From NCBI GenBank assembly GCA_949282305.1, contig CASDPB010000053.1, forward strand, positions 16,710 through 80,709: DNA of 64,000 nt, written 5' to 3'. A model generated the notes under the pieces. It was not told the origin of the DNA, searched no databases, and saw only the letters and a list, made by a program, of their open reading frames with translations. Made by a program: the position numbers and the translations under genes. Positions 17,348-26,714 of the stretch are shown piece after piece. The DNA is from an uncultured Lentisphaeria bacterium (GTDB lineage Bacteria > Verrucomicrobiota > Lentisphaeria > Victivallales > UBA1829). Position 1 is the first letter of the stretch. Every line of letters starts with the position of its first letter.

Positions 17348-17423
17348 GGCGGCTTAGCTCAGTCGGTAGAGCGATGGAATCATAATCCACAGGTCACTGG
17401 TTCGAACCCGGTAGCCGCCACCA
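17348..17423 (+). tRNA. tRNA with anticodon CAT (elongator Met, or Ile2 if lysidine-modified), CCA encoded
   Basis: The cloverleaf was folded by hand. Acceptor stem GGCGGCT/AGCCGCC. D-arm GCTC-AGTCGGTA-GAGC. Anticodon loop ATCATAA. T-arm ACTGG-TTCGAAC-CCGGT. A73 followed by CCA. The G1-C72 pair argues against an initiator tRNA. Confidence 0.9.
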
Positions 17424-17437
17424 CTGGTAATTTGCAG

Positions 17438-17463
17438 GCGATTCACTTTGAATCGCTTTTTTT
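17438..17463 (+). terminator. Rho-independent terminator after the tRNA
   Basis: GCGATTCA-CTT-TGAATCGC hairpin (17438-17456) followed by T7. Confidence 0.7.
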
Positions 17464-17609
17464 GTGCACTGGCGGATTCCGGTTGTTCGGGAAAGGAAAA
17501 CGGACATCTTCCTTTTCGGTTCCTTGCCTTCTCTCCCGGGAATTCCGTTTCTGCCTGATAAAGTCGGAAACTCCGTATACATTCATTACCGGGAAAACGA
17601 GAGTCTGAA

Positions 17610-19097
17610 ATGCCGGAAGTTTATGAAACTGTAAAAATACATGACAAATATCAGTTCGAGTTGAAATTCACCTATCCGCTGGACCGCAGACGCGATACGA
17701 ATGAATATCAGGTCGACACCTATGTGTTTCTCCCGAACAATCTCTACATCAATAAAAGAACCTACTCTGCGGATGATTTCTACGGTGATCTCCATAAATA
17801 TATCCGTCTGCGGACTCCGGTGGTTCATCTTGCCTCCATGTCCGCTTCGCCGGATTCCCCGATGAGCAAGCTGGAGGACGCCATGCGGCGCCTTGCGGAG
17901 ACGCCGGACGATCCGTCTGTGATTCAGACATACGAGGATCGCCTGAAAATGTTCTGCTCCATCATGAAAAGCGCCCTGCGCGACGAGGAGGGAAATCTGG
18001 AACGGGGACTTGCCTCGGCTTCCGCCCCGGCCGCTGTCAGAAATTATCTGAAACAGGCGGACCGGCTTCTTGAGGATTTCCGGGAGCTGATGCATATTGT
18101 GCGCTTTCCCGATATTGACAGGAAACGATTGAATCTTTTCAGGCTGGTGGATGAGTTTCTCAGCATCACGGTGAATAAGTACCGTTACCGTTTGTATCTG
18201 GCGCTGGAACGCTGCCCGGAGCGTTATGAGTGGCTGGAGGCTTTGCGGGGGGAGATTGCCGCGGCTCTCCGCCATGAGGTCGATTACCGGTGCGGATGCG
18301 GTTATCCGACCGTGCCCTCGAAAAACAGCGACAACGAGGAGCTGGTCTATCGTGAAAACATTCTGAAAAAAGTGATGGCGAGCGTTCTGTTCCTCAGAAG
18401 CGATACGCGGCGCGACGGAGTGTTCATGACGAATCTGGTGTTCGGAATTGCCGCCGGAATCGCGATGACGTTTGCCACCATTGTCACATTTTTGTCGCAG
18501 AACCTGATTTTCCAGGAGTTTTCACTGACATTCTGCATCATTGTGATTGTCGCCTACATGGGCAAGGACAGGATCAAGGAACTGGGGCGCTCCTATCTTT
18601 ATTCCAAACTCAAATCCCATATCTACGATTATAAGACGAGGATCCGGAGCACGCTGGGAAAAGAGGTGGGAATCTGCCGTGAGAGTTTTGCGTTCATCAA
18701 TGAATCCAGACTTCCCCCCGATATTGCCCGGCTCAGAAACAAGGATTATATTTCCGAACTGGAAAACGGCATTGTCGGGGAAGACATCATCCATTCCAAA
18801 GAGGTGCTGACGCTCCATTCCCGGAACTGCAAGGAGATTTATTCCGATTTCAATGTGGACGGGCTGGTGGACATTGTGCGTTTCAACGTGCGGCATTTCC
18901 TGGCGAAGATGGATAATCCCGTCAAGGAAATCTTCATGCCGGACGAAGTTGCTGGCGTGGTGAAGGTGCAGGCGAAGCGGACTTACAAGATTCATCTGAT
19001 TATTCAATGCCGGATGAACGGCGGCAGAGAGTCCTATGCCAGTTTCCGCCTGACGCTCGCACGCAACGGCATCAAGCGCATTGAGCGCCTGGCGTGA
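17610..19097 (+). CDS. Hypothetical membrane protein, no recognisable family
   Basis: 495-aa ORF with coding-like composition. Two hydrophobic segments lie mid-protein (about aa 271-296 VFMTNLVFGIAAGIAMTFATIVTFL and aa 303-317 FSLTFCIIVIVAYMG), flanked by large soluble domains. Confidence 0.6.
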   Translation: MPEVYETVKIHDKYQFELKFTYPLDRRRDTNEYQVDTYVFLPNNLYINKRTYSADDFYGDLHKYIRLRTPVVHLASMSASPDSPMSKLEDAMRRLAETPDDPSVIQTYEDRLKMFCSIMKSALRDEEGNLERGLASASAPAAVRNYLKQADRLLEDFRELMHIVRFPDIDRKRLNLFRLVDEFLSITVNKYRYRLYLALERCPERYEWLEALRGEIAAALRHEVDYRCGCGYPTVPSKNSDNEELVYRENILKKVMASVLFLRSDTRRDGVFMTNLVFGIAAGIAMTFATIVTFLSQNLIFQEFSLTFCIIVIVAYMGKDRIKELGRSYLYSKLKSHIYDYKTRIRSTLGKEVGICRESFAFINESRLPPDIARLRNKDYISELENGIVGEDIIHSKEVLTLHSRNCKEIYSDFNVDGLVDIVRFNVRHFLAKMDNPVKEIFMPDEVAGVVKVQAKRTYKIHLIIQCRMNGGRESYASFRLTLARNGIKRIERLA

Positions 19098-19130
19098 TTT
19101 TCTGTCCGTATGCAGGACGCCTGCGTTGCG

Positions 19131-20681
19131 TCATTTCTGACTTTTTCTCTGGCGGTACCAGTCGGGTCTGATTCCGAGATTTTTGATTTTGTAATGAATG
19201 ATCCGTTCGGACAGGCCGAGCTGACGCGCCGCCGCAGCCGCATTGCCGCTGTTGGCTTTCAGTGCTTCGACGATCAGTTCGCGTTCAAAGGAATTGACCA
19301 GCGTCTGAAAATCCGCTTTTGCGTTCGGGTGGATGACCGCCGTTCCGGAGGCTTCTCCCGTTTGCAGGGAAGGGGGCAGGTCGTAACCGTGAATCACGGT
19401 GTCGCCGGCGGTCAGAACCGCGCGTTCGATGCAGTTTTCGAGTTCGCGGACATTGCCGGGCCAGTGATAGGACATCAGCATGTTGATTGCCGGCGTTGAA
19501 ATGCGCGCGATGTTTTTCCCGTGAAGACGGTTGTATTTTTCAAGGAAATGATCTGCAAGCAGAATGATGTCGCTCGGACGCTTGTGCAGGCTCGGCAGGT
19601 GAATCGGGAAGACGTTCAGGCGGTAATAGAGGTCTTCGCGGAATTTGCCTTCCTCCATCAGTTTTTCCAGATCGCGGCTGGTGGCAGTCAGCAGACGCAC
19701 ATCGACCTTGATCTCCTCATTGCTTCCGACGCGCGAGAAGGTGCGTTCCTGAATGAAGCGCAGAAGTTTGACCTGGACATGCTGGCTCAGGTCGCCGATT
19801 TCGTCCAGAAACAGCGTGCCGCCGTCCGCCGCCTCAGCACGCCCGATGCGGCGGGAAACGGCTCCGGTAAACGCGCCTTTTTCATAACCGAACAGTTCGC
19901 TTTCAATGAGATTGTCGGGCAGGGCGGCGCAGTTGACCGCGATAAAAGGCTTGTCACGGCGTCCGCTGGACATCTGGATGGCGCGTGCGACGAGCTCCTT
20001 GCCGGTGCCCGATTCGCCCCGGATCAATACCGTCGCGGAGCTGTTTGCAACCTGTCCGATCATTTTGTAGACGGCACGCATTGCATTGCAGTTGCCTATG
20101 ATGTTGGCGGGGCGCGGCGTGGTGCCGAGCTCTTCGCGCAGACGCATGTTCTCTTCGAGGAGCTGCCGCCGCTCGTCATATTTTCTGAGGCAGGAGGCGA
20201 CTGCTTCCGCCATGATGTTTGCCACAGTGTCGAGCAGGCGGAGATCCCGTTCCAGTTCTTCACGTTTCCCGGCGGCGCAGTCGATGCTGAGCGTGCCGAT
20301 CACATTGTCCAGATGCACGATCGGAACGCAGATGAATGCGATATGCTCATTTTTGCCGCGTGCCTGGGTACGCCCGAGAAATTCCGGTTCCCGGGAGATG
20401 TCCGGGATCAGTGCGGGTCTGCCGGTTTGCGCGACTTTGCCCGTGATGCCTTCCCCGATCATGTACTTGCCGCGGCTGATCTCTTCATCCGTAAGACCGT
20501 TGGAGGCTTCAATGACAAGAGTGTCTTCGTGCTTCAAAGTAATGGTTCCGCGGATGAGCCCCATCTCTTTGCGCAGGATGTTCAGAACGTCGTTAAGGAG
20601 TTCGGAGACGTTCAGTTCATGCACGATTGCATGGCTGATCTGGTTCAGTACCGCAATTTCAATATCGTTTCTTTCGGGCAT
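19131..20681 (-). CDS. Sigma-54-dependent transcriptional activator with N-terminal GAF domain (NifA-like architecture)
   Basis: 516 aa. GAF-like N-domain. AAA+ core with Walker A GESGTGKE, the sigma-54 contact loop EKGAFTGA and Walker B LFLDEIG. C-terminal Fis-type HTH ([23 protein letters not shown]). No receiver domain. Confidence 0.9.
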   Translation of the reverse strand: MPERNDIEIAVLNQISHAIVHELNVSELLNDVLNILRKEMGLIRGTITLKHEDTLVIEASNGLTDEEISRGKYMIGEGITGKVAQTGRPALIPDISREPEFLGRTQARGKNEHIAFICVPIVHLDNVIGTLSIDCAAGKREELERDLRLLDTVANIMAEAVASCLRKYDERRQLLEENMRLREELGTTPRPANIIGNCNAMRAVYKMIGQVANSSATVLIRGESGTGKELVARAIQMSSGRRDKPFIAVNCAALPDNLIESELFGYEKGAFTGAVSRRIGRAEAADGGTLFLDEIGDLSQHVQVKLLRFIQERTFSRVGSNEEIKVDVRLLTATSRDLEKLMEEGKFREDLYYRLNVFPIHLPSLHKRPSDIILLADHFLEKYNRLHGKNIARISTPAINMLMSYHWPGNVRELENCIERAVLTAGDTVIHGYDLPPSLQTGEASGTAVIHPNAKADFQTLVNSFERELIVEALKANSGNAAAAARQLGLSERIIHYKIKNLGIRPDWYRQRKSQK

Positions 20682-20758
20682 TCCCGGTTCCTGTCTTTTT
20701 TTATTGAAAAGTCGAAGGCGGAAAGGGAATATAACGCGGCCTTCCTGATTGTCAAGCT

Positions 20759-20799
20759 ACAAAAATGTAAGAATAACAAAAATGTTGTTACAAAAATGT
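20759..20799. promoter_or_regulatory. Three direct copies of ACAAAAATGT (candidate enhancer/UAS for the adjacent sigma-54 activator)
   Basis: Exact 10-mers at 20759-20768, 20776-20785 and 20790-20799. They lie 82-122 bp upstream of the -24 element at 20880. Confidence 0.4.
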
Positions 20800-20879
20800 A
20801 GCTTTTTCGAGTTCGTCACTGCCCGGATGAATGTCGAAATCATTTTCTTTGAGTTCAAATTCCGCATTTTCGGAAAAGT

Positions 20880-20894
20880 TGGCACGCGATTTGC
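20880..20894 (+). promoter_or_regulatory. Sigma-54 (-24/-12) promoter of glnN
   Basis: TGGCAC-GCGAT-TTGC is an exact match to the consensus TGGCAC-N5-TTGC. It lies 57 nt upstream of ATG 20951 and next to a divergent sigma-54 activator gene. Confidence 0.8.
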
Positions 20895-20950
20895 TTAAAA
20901 TACAGACATCAGTTTGAAAAATCACCAAAACAAATAGGAGTGAAGTGAGA

Positions 20951-23092
20951 ATGAACGCTGACAGAAAAACGGCAATCGAAGGAATTCTGGCGCGGGAGGA
21001 CAAGGAAAACATTCCCTTGAAGCCTTTCACTACGGATAACTTTGGCGAAGATGTGTTTCATTGCGGACGCATGAAAGAACGTCTCCCGAAACCGATTTAT
21101 CAGAAACTGATGGATACTGTCAACGAAGGCAAGGCGCTGGATCCCTCCATTGCGGATGCGGTCGCCCATGCCATGAAAGAGTGGGCTCTGGAAAAGGGCG
21201 CCACTCATTATACTCACTGGTTTCAGCCGCTGACCGGAACGACTGCGGAAAAGCATGATTCTTTTCTGGAACCTTCCGGGCACGGTCATGCGATCCTCTC
21301 TTTTTCCGGAAAAAATCTGATCGTCAGTGAACCCGACGCCTCAAGTTTTCCGTCCGGCGGCATCCGTTCCACCTTTGAAGCGCGCGGTTATACCGCATGG
21401 GACCCCACGAGCCCCGCGTTCATCAAGCGCGGACGCAATGGCGCGACACTCTGCATTCCGACTGCTTTCTGCGCCTACACCGGAGAGGCTCTGGACAAGA
21501 AGACTCCGCTTCTGCGCTCAATGCAGGCGCTTACGAAATCCGTCCGCCGCATGATGAAATGTTTCGGAGACGACGGAACAAAGAATGTGAGAATTACGCT
21601 TGGCGCCGAGCAGGAATATTTTCTGATCGACGAACAGTTTTATTATGCGCGGCCCGATCTAGTGCAGAGCGGAAGGACTTTGTTCGGCGCACCGCCGCCG
21701 AAGCATCAGCAGCTTGAGGATCACTATTTCGGCTCCATCAAGCCGCGTATTCTCGCTTTCATGACGGATGTGGATTCCGAACTCTGGAAACTCGGCATTC
21801 CCGCGAAGACACGGCACAACGAAGTGGCTCCCGCTCAGTTTGAGATCGCACCGGTATTCGAGGAGCTCAATCTTGCCGTTGATCACAACATGATTATCAT
21901 GGAGGTGCTCAAGCAGACTGCGGAGAAACACGGGCTTGTCTGCCTGCTTCATGAAAAACCGTTTGCCGGAATCAACGGGTCGGGCAAGCACAACAACTGG
22001 TCGCCCGCCTACGGAAACATCAATCTGCTGAATCCCGGAAGCGATCCGCACCAGAATGCGATCTTCCTGACAACGCTCTGCGCGATCATCATGGCTGTTG
22101 ACAAGCATAGCGATCTGCTCCGCTCCGCAACGGCTTCCGCCGGAAACGACCATCGTCTCGGCGCGAATGAAGCGCCGCCTGCCATTATTTCGATTTACAT
22201 CGGAGAACAGCTCGCGGATGTAATCAGCCAGCTTGAAAAAGGTGATCTCAAGTCCTCGAAACATGCGGGAACGATGAGAATCGGCGTGGATACGCTTCCT
22301 CCGCTTCCTCTGGACGCCACGGACCGCAACCGGACAAGCCCGTTTGCGTTTACAAACAACAAGTTCGAGTTTCGCGCTCCGGGGTCCAGCCAGTCCTGTG
22401 CCGGCGCAAATGTGATCCTGAATACGATTTTCGCCGAGGCGATTGATGAGATTGCCGCGCAGCTGGAAAAACTGCCGAAGGCGAATTTCAACAATGGACT
22501 CCAGAAGGTTCTCCAGAAAATCATCAAGGCGCACAAGCGCATCATCTTCAACGGCGACAATTACAGCGAGGCATGGAGGAAAGAGGCTGCCAGACGCGGA
22601 CTTCCGAATCTGCGCAATACGCCGGAGGCCATCAAGCCGCTGCTGGACAAGGACAATGTGGCTCTGTTTGAGAAATACAACGTGTTCTCGAAAGTCGAGC
22701 TCCATTCCAGATATGAGATTTTCCTCGAGGAATACGAGAGAAAAATCCGGATCGAGGGGGAACTTGCCCTCAACATGGTGCGGACAATTATTCTCGCCGC
22801 CGGAAGCCGTCAGCTTTCCGAACTGGTCAAGACGATTGCCGTGATGGACGGATGCGGCTTGAAGAGCGGTCTGGCTTCCCAGAAGGAACTTGCGGACCGG
22901 ATCGGAAAGCTGCTTGACGGAATCACTGCCGCTGCCGCGAAACTGGAAAAGATTCTGGCGAAGGAGGAAACCGGCATCGCCGTAGTGGATGCCCTCTGCG
23001 AACTCCGCAAGCTGGTCGATACGCTTGAAAAACAGGTTGACGATGATCTCTGGCCACTTCCGAAATACCGGGAGATGCTTTTCATCAACTGA
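20951..23092 (+). CDS. glnN: Glutamine synthetase type III
   Basis: About 713 aa from ATG 20951 (AGGAG at 20936-20940; the ORF track uses GTG 20945). The length and the N-terminal segments [24 protein letters not shown] and [14 protein letters not shown] fit GSIII rather than GSI. Confidence 0.9.
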   Translation: MNADRKTAIEGILAREDKENIPLKPFTTDNFGEDVFHCGRMKERLPKPIYQKLMDTVNEGKALDPSIADAVAHAMKEWALEKGATHYTHWFQPLTGTTAEKHDSFLEPSGHGHAILSFSGKNLIVSEPDASSFPSGGIRSTFEARGYTAWDPTSPAFIKRGRNGATLCIPTAFCAYTGEALDKKTPLLRSMQALTKSVRRMMKCFGDDGTKNVRITLGAEQEYFLIDEQFYYARPDLVQSGRTLFGAPPPKHQQLEDHYFGSIKPRILAFMTDVDSELWKLGIPAKTRHNEVAPAQFEIAPVFEELNLAVDHNMIIMEVLKQTAEKHGLVCLLHEKPFAGINGSGKHNNWSPAYGNINLLNPGSDPHQNAIFLTTLCAIIMAVDKHSDLLRSATASAGNDHRLGANEAPPAIISIYIGEQLADVISQLEKGDLKSSKHAGTMRIGVDTLPPLPLDATDRNRTSPFAFTNNKFEFRAPGSSQSCAGANVILNTIFAEAIDEIAAQLEKLPKANFNNGLQKVLQKIIKAHKRIIFNGDNYSEAWRKEAARRGLPNLRNTPEAIKPLLDKDNVALFEKYNVFSKVELHSRYEIFLEEYERKIRIEGELALNMVRTIILAAGSRQLSELVKTIAVMDGCGLKSGLASQKELADRIGKLLDGITAAAAKLEKILAKEETGIAVVDALCELRKLVDTLEKQVDDDLWPLPKYREMLFIN

Positions 23093-23168
23093 TTATTTGA
23101 ATTCTCTCTCCATCATTATCGGCTGATTCTCTCTCTCGCAGCCGGTAATACGATACACCCCCACTCAG

Positions 23169-23204
23169 GCGGGGACCTCGTTCCGGGGTCCCCGCTGCTT
23201 TTTC
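23169..23204 (+). terminator. Rho-independent terminator after glnN
   Basis: GCGGGGACC...GGTCCCCGC hairpin followed by TGCTTTTTC. Confidence 0.7.
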
Positions 23205-23363
23205 AGCAGATTTCATTTTCTGTTTTTCCGGTCCGCCGCGAAGTGTGTTTTTCCGTAAACTCCATAAAGATTTTTCCTTTTATCTTTGATTTTTCTGTTT
23301 TTCCATGCTATTTTTCATCCATGCGCGGAACATTGCCTTAAAAAATATGAAGGAGGATTTTTT

Positions 23364-24833
23364 ATGAAAGACAAGCTGAGGATTTCCTGTACCGCCGGAT
23401 TGACCGCACTGGCGGCATTTTTCCTGAGTGCATGTTGTTGCGGATGCGTGACTGCGGATGAGTCTGCAAAAGCGGAAGCCGTTTCCGGCGAATCTCCGAA
23501 AAAAGCGGAAGCCCCGGTTGCGGAGGACGCGGCGCTGAAAAAGAAAACGGCAAGGCAGAAGCCGGAAAGACCCGCCTATGAGAGTTACAGGCTTCGGGTT
23601 GCTCCCGTCGGGAAGAAGAGAATTTACAAAGCCGGCGAGCAGATCCGCTTCAACATTACGCTGCTCGACAAAGCAAAACAGCCGGTTTCCGGGCAGAAGA
23701 TCGGATATGCGGTTTCTTCCGGTGACGGCAGACTTCAGAAGAATATCATTACAACCACCGATGGCAGACCGCTGGTTTGCGAGGTTTCCCTCGACAAGCC
23801 CGGCTGGGTTCAGGTTCGTGCTTTTCTGCTGGACGAAAACGGCAAACCGCTTCTGAAACGCGGGAAGAAGATTATGGCAGGAGCCGGTGCGATGGTGGAG
23901 CCGGAAAAAATCAAAGCCGGCTGTGAAGAACCCGCGGATTTCAAAAGTTTCTGGGACGCTCAGAAAGCCGTGCTTGCAAAGGTTCCTGTGAAGGCGGAAA
24001 AAGTGGAAGTTCCGCTGAAGGGAAAGCAGGCGGGAAAATTCAAATGCTATGATGTAAAGGTGGACTGCGTGGACAATGTTCCGGTTTCCGGTTATCTCAC
24101 GATGCCTGCGAATGCAAAGCCCGGGACTCTTCCCGCGGTGGTTTCCTATCATGGCGCGGGGGTCTATACAGCAAGCAAGCCGGTGAGAAACAATGCGATC
24201 TCTTTTGACGTCAATGCGCACGGAATTCTCAACGGACAGCCGAAGGAATATTATAATCATCTGAAAACGAATGATTTGCGCGGATATCCCCAGAAGAATA
24301 AGAATGACCGTGACAAATTCTACTTCAAGAACATGTATCTGCGTGTTCTCCGCGCCCTTGATTATGTGAAAACGCTTCCTGAATGGGACGGCAAAAATCT
24401 GATTGTTGTCGGTTCAAGCCAGGGCGGCGCGCAGGCGATTGTTGCGGCGGCGCTTGATCCGCAGGTTTCGCTCTGCCTGACGGGTGTGCCGGCATTGAGC
24501 GATCATTGCGGTAATCTCGCCGGGCGTCAGTCCGGCTGGCCGCGCCTGTTTTCCGTCAAGAACGGCAAACCGGCGGATGCCAGGACTGCGGAAGTTTCTA
24601 AATATTACGATAATGTGAACTTTGCCAAATACATCAAGGCGCCGGTCTATATGACGGTCGGCATGATTGATGAAACCTGTGTGCCGACTTCCGTGTATGC
24701 CGTTTACAACAATCTTCCCGCGGCGACGGAGAAGCACATGACCATTTTTCCGACGGAAGGGCATGTCGGCAAGAATCCGGCGGGATACAGAGCGATGAAC
24801 AAAGTTCTGAAACAGGCGGCAGAGAAGAAGTGA
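23364..24833 (+). CDS. Acetyl xylan esterase / cephalosporin-C deacetylase-like (CE7-type) lipoprotein with an extra N-terminal domain
   Basis: AGGAGG at 23351-23356 precedes ATG 23364. Lipobox FFLSAC. The C-terminal alpha/beta-hydrolase carries the CE7-like nucleophile motif VVGSSQGGAQA. The ORF-track start at 23286 was rejected in favour of the RBS-supported ATG. Confidence 0.8.
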   Translation: MKDKLRISCTAGLTALAAFFLSACCCGCVTADESAKAEAVSGESPKKAEAPVAEDAALKKKTARQKPERPAYESYRLRVAPVGKKRIYKAGEQIRFNITLLDKAKQPVSGQKIGYAVSSGDGRLQKNIITTTDGRPLVCEVSLDKPGWVQVRAFLLDENGKPLLKRGKKIMAGAGAMVEPEKIKAGCEEPADFKSFWDAQKAVLAKVPVKAEKVEVPLKGKQAGKFKCYDVKVDCVDNVPVSGYLTMPANAKPGTLPAVVSYHGAGVYTASKPVRNNAISFDVNAHGILNGQPKEYYNHLKTNDLRGYPQKNKNDRDKFYFKNMYLRVLRALDYVKTLPEWDGKNLIVVGSSQGGAQAIVAAALDPQVSLCLTGVPALSDHCGNLAGRQSGWPRLFSVKNGKPADARTAEVSKYYDNVNFAKYIKAPVYMTVGMIDETCVPTSVYAVYNNLPAATEKHMTIFPTEGHVGKNPAGYRAMNKVLKQAAEKK

Positions 24834-24858
24834 AAAAGTAGTTTTTCAATTTCATGCG

Positions 24859-24893
24859 AAGCGGAGGCTTTCTTTGAGAGCTTCCGCTTTTTT
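24859..24893 (+). terminator. Rho-independent terminator after the esterase gene
   Basis: AAGCGGAGGCT...AGCTTCCGCTT forms an 11-bp stem with one G-U pair, running into TTTTTT. Confidence 0.65.
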
Positions 24894-24905
24894 GTTTCCG
24901 GAGAA

Positions 24906-24939
24906 ATAAAAAAGCCCCGGAATGATGTCATCCCGGGGC
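24906..24939 (-). terminator. Rho-independent terminator after hpf
   Basis: The minus strand reads GCCCCGGGATGACATCATTCCGGGGC followed by TTTTTTATTT. Confidence 0.65.
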
Positions 24940-24955
24940 TTCCGCTATAGAAACT

Positions 24956-25315
24956 TTATTCTGCGGAAACGGCTTTTGCCTTTTCTGCATTTTTCATTTC
25001 AAGCTCGACGAGGGTTTCGCCGTTCTTGTGATGCTGCCGCTTGTCCAGATATTTGCGCGCCTGTGTGGCGGCTTTCAGGACGGCGGCGTCAATCGCCTTG
25101 TAGAGATCGAAATCTTCGACTTGCGCCTTGGCAGTGAGATTTTTGATGTTTACGACAATATCCGCGATTGCCCTGTTGCCCTGGACATCCAGGACCGCAG
25201 TTGCTGAAATGATTTTCAGCGGCAGGTCCGCGAAATCTGCCGTAAGCGCATCAATGACCCTCTGCCTGATTTGCTCTGTGACATCGAAATGTCTTCCGCT
25301 AACTGTGATTTCCAT
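24956..25315 (-). CDS. hpf: Ribosome hibernation promoting factor (short HPF/RaiA type)
   Basis: 119 aa. MEITVSGRHFDVTEQIRQRVIDAL...YKAIDAAVLKAATQARKYLDKRQ is typical of the S30AE/HPF family. Confidence 0.9.
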   Translation of the reverse strand: MEITVSGRHFDVTEQIRQRVIDALTADFADLPLKIISATAVLDVQGNRAIADIVVNIKNLTAKAQVEDFDLYKAIDAAVLKAATQARKYLDKRQHHKNGETLVELEMKNAEKAKAVSAE

Positions 25316-25406
25316 AGCTACACCTCCTTTTTAGAGTGCTGTCTAAACATAAACCCCGCTTTGCGGATTTCAAGTTCAAACACAAGGAAAAGTGAATTTT
25401 TTCAAT

Positions 25407-26642
25407 TTATAAAATCGACGGCGTGCGCATTTTCCTGTTGTCCAGGTGCTTCCGGACATTTTCCACGCCGGGGAATTTACTGAACAGGAAGCAGCCGCCG
25501 GTTTTCCTGATCCGTTCCTGAAGTTCCTCCCTGCCTTTGACGCAGGAGCGGTCAACTCCGATCAGAAGTCCGATTTCCGGATGTTTCTCCAGATAGTCCA
25601 GACGCTCCGTGATCTGTCCCGCGTGCCATTGATGAAACAGCTCCAGATCGAGCTCCTCTCCCGTTGCCGTGTTGCGGAAACTGAAATCGGGAAAGATCAG
25701 GCGGTTTTCCTCCGTTCTGATATAGGGGGCGCGGTCAATGATCTGCCAGGTTGTTTCCATCCGGTTGAAGCAGGTCTGGAACATTTTGATCTCTTCGGGA
25801 ATGTAGGCGCCGAAGTTTGCGTAATGGCACTTCAAACCGGAAGTCTCGTCCAGTTTGAGCTTGAGATTGCGCTCCTTTACTTTGATCGCGCTGGATATCT
25901 TCCACTTCTTCAACCGGCAGAGCGCAGGGAAAAACGATGCCAGCTGAAGTCCGTATTTCAGGCTGTTTTCCAGAATGGACGCCGGACCGTCTATCCTGAG
26001 CCGGATGAGCGGCGGCCCCTTTTTATTTTTTTTGTCCGTGACCGTTTCGGCAATGCAGAGGAGACGGAAGAATTTCAGGTATTTGAACAGGCGCCTCAAC
26101 TCTGCCGGATCCTCCTCGGCGATTTCCGCCTCCAGCTCGGAACTGAACAGCAGCAGGGACTGCACCAGGGAGGTGTTGTAGCGTTCCAGAAGTTCCGAGG
26201 GAAAAATCTTCTTGACGCCGGTCAGCTGTTCGTTTTCCGGCAGGTCGGCATAGATGCCGCGGCTGAGGACTTCCTCCCCCTCCATGACTTTGTCGTGATA
26301 GACGGAAATCTCTTCGGGCAGTTCCGAATTTTTGAACAGTTCGGCGGAACGTGCGAAAAGAGCCTGCCGCAGAGCCGGATAATCATAATCGCCGCATGAG
26401 GAATATTCGCAGCGGTCTTCCAGTATCTTCTGAAGCCCGCGCGCCAGTTTCAGGTCGCGTTTCGCATTGACAAGCTGCGCCGCGGCGGATTCTACGTCCA
26501 CACGTTTTGAGCCGCAGCCGTCGGTATAGACCGCGATCAGCTGCGAGGCGAAATTCAGGAGCGAAGGGTCGCGCGTTTCGATGAAAGAAGGTTTGGCATT
26601 GCCCCCCGCAATTCTGTAACGCAGTAAATCTTTGGTCAACAT
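25407..26642 (-). CDS. DUF790 family protein (Bax1-like nuclease partner of XPB)
   Basis: 411 aa. The N-terminus MLTKDLLRYRIAGGNAKPSFI, the length and the position immediately downstream of an XPB-type helicase (72-nt gap) match my recollection of DUF790/Bax1. The family call has not been verified by search. Confidence 0.65.
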   Translation of the reverse strand: MLTKDLLRYRIAGGNAKPSFIETRDPSLLNFASQLIAVYTDGCGSKRVDVESAAAQLVNAKRDLKLARGLQKILEDRCEYSSCGDYDYPALRQALFARSAELFKNSELPEEISVYHDKVMEGEEVLSRGIYADLPENEQLTGVKKIFPSELLERYNTSLVQSLLLFSSELEAEIAEEDPAELRRLFKYLKFFRLLCIAETVTDKKNKKGPPLIRLRIDGPASILENSLKYGLQLASFFPALCRLKKWKISSAIKVKERNLKLKLDETSGLKCHYANFGAYIPEEIKMFQTCFNRMETTWQIIDRAPYIRTEENRLIFPDFSFRNTATGEELDLELFHQWHAGQITERLDYLEKHPEIGLLIGVDRSCVKGREELQERIRKTGGCFLFSKFPGVENVRKHLDNRKMRTPSIL

Positions 26643-26714
26643 GGTTTTGTGCTCCTGAACGGCGAAAAGGAGGCAAAGAACGGATGCGGCATGAATTTTC
26701 TCATTGTTTCCCTT

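Noticed and set aside
17470-17486. TGGCGG-ATTCC-GGTTG upstream of the orphan membrane protein, examined as a possible second sigma-54 promoter
   Set aside because: The -12 element is out of register: TT falls where GC is required. It does not fit TGGCAC-N5-TTGC.
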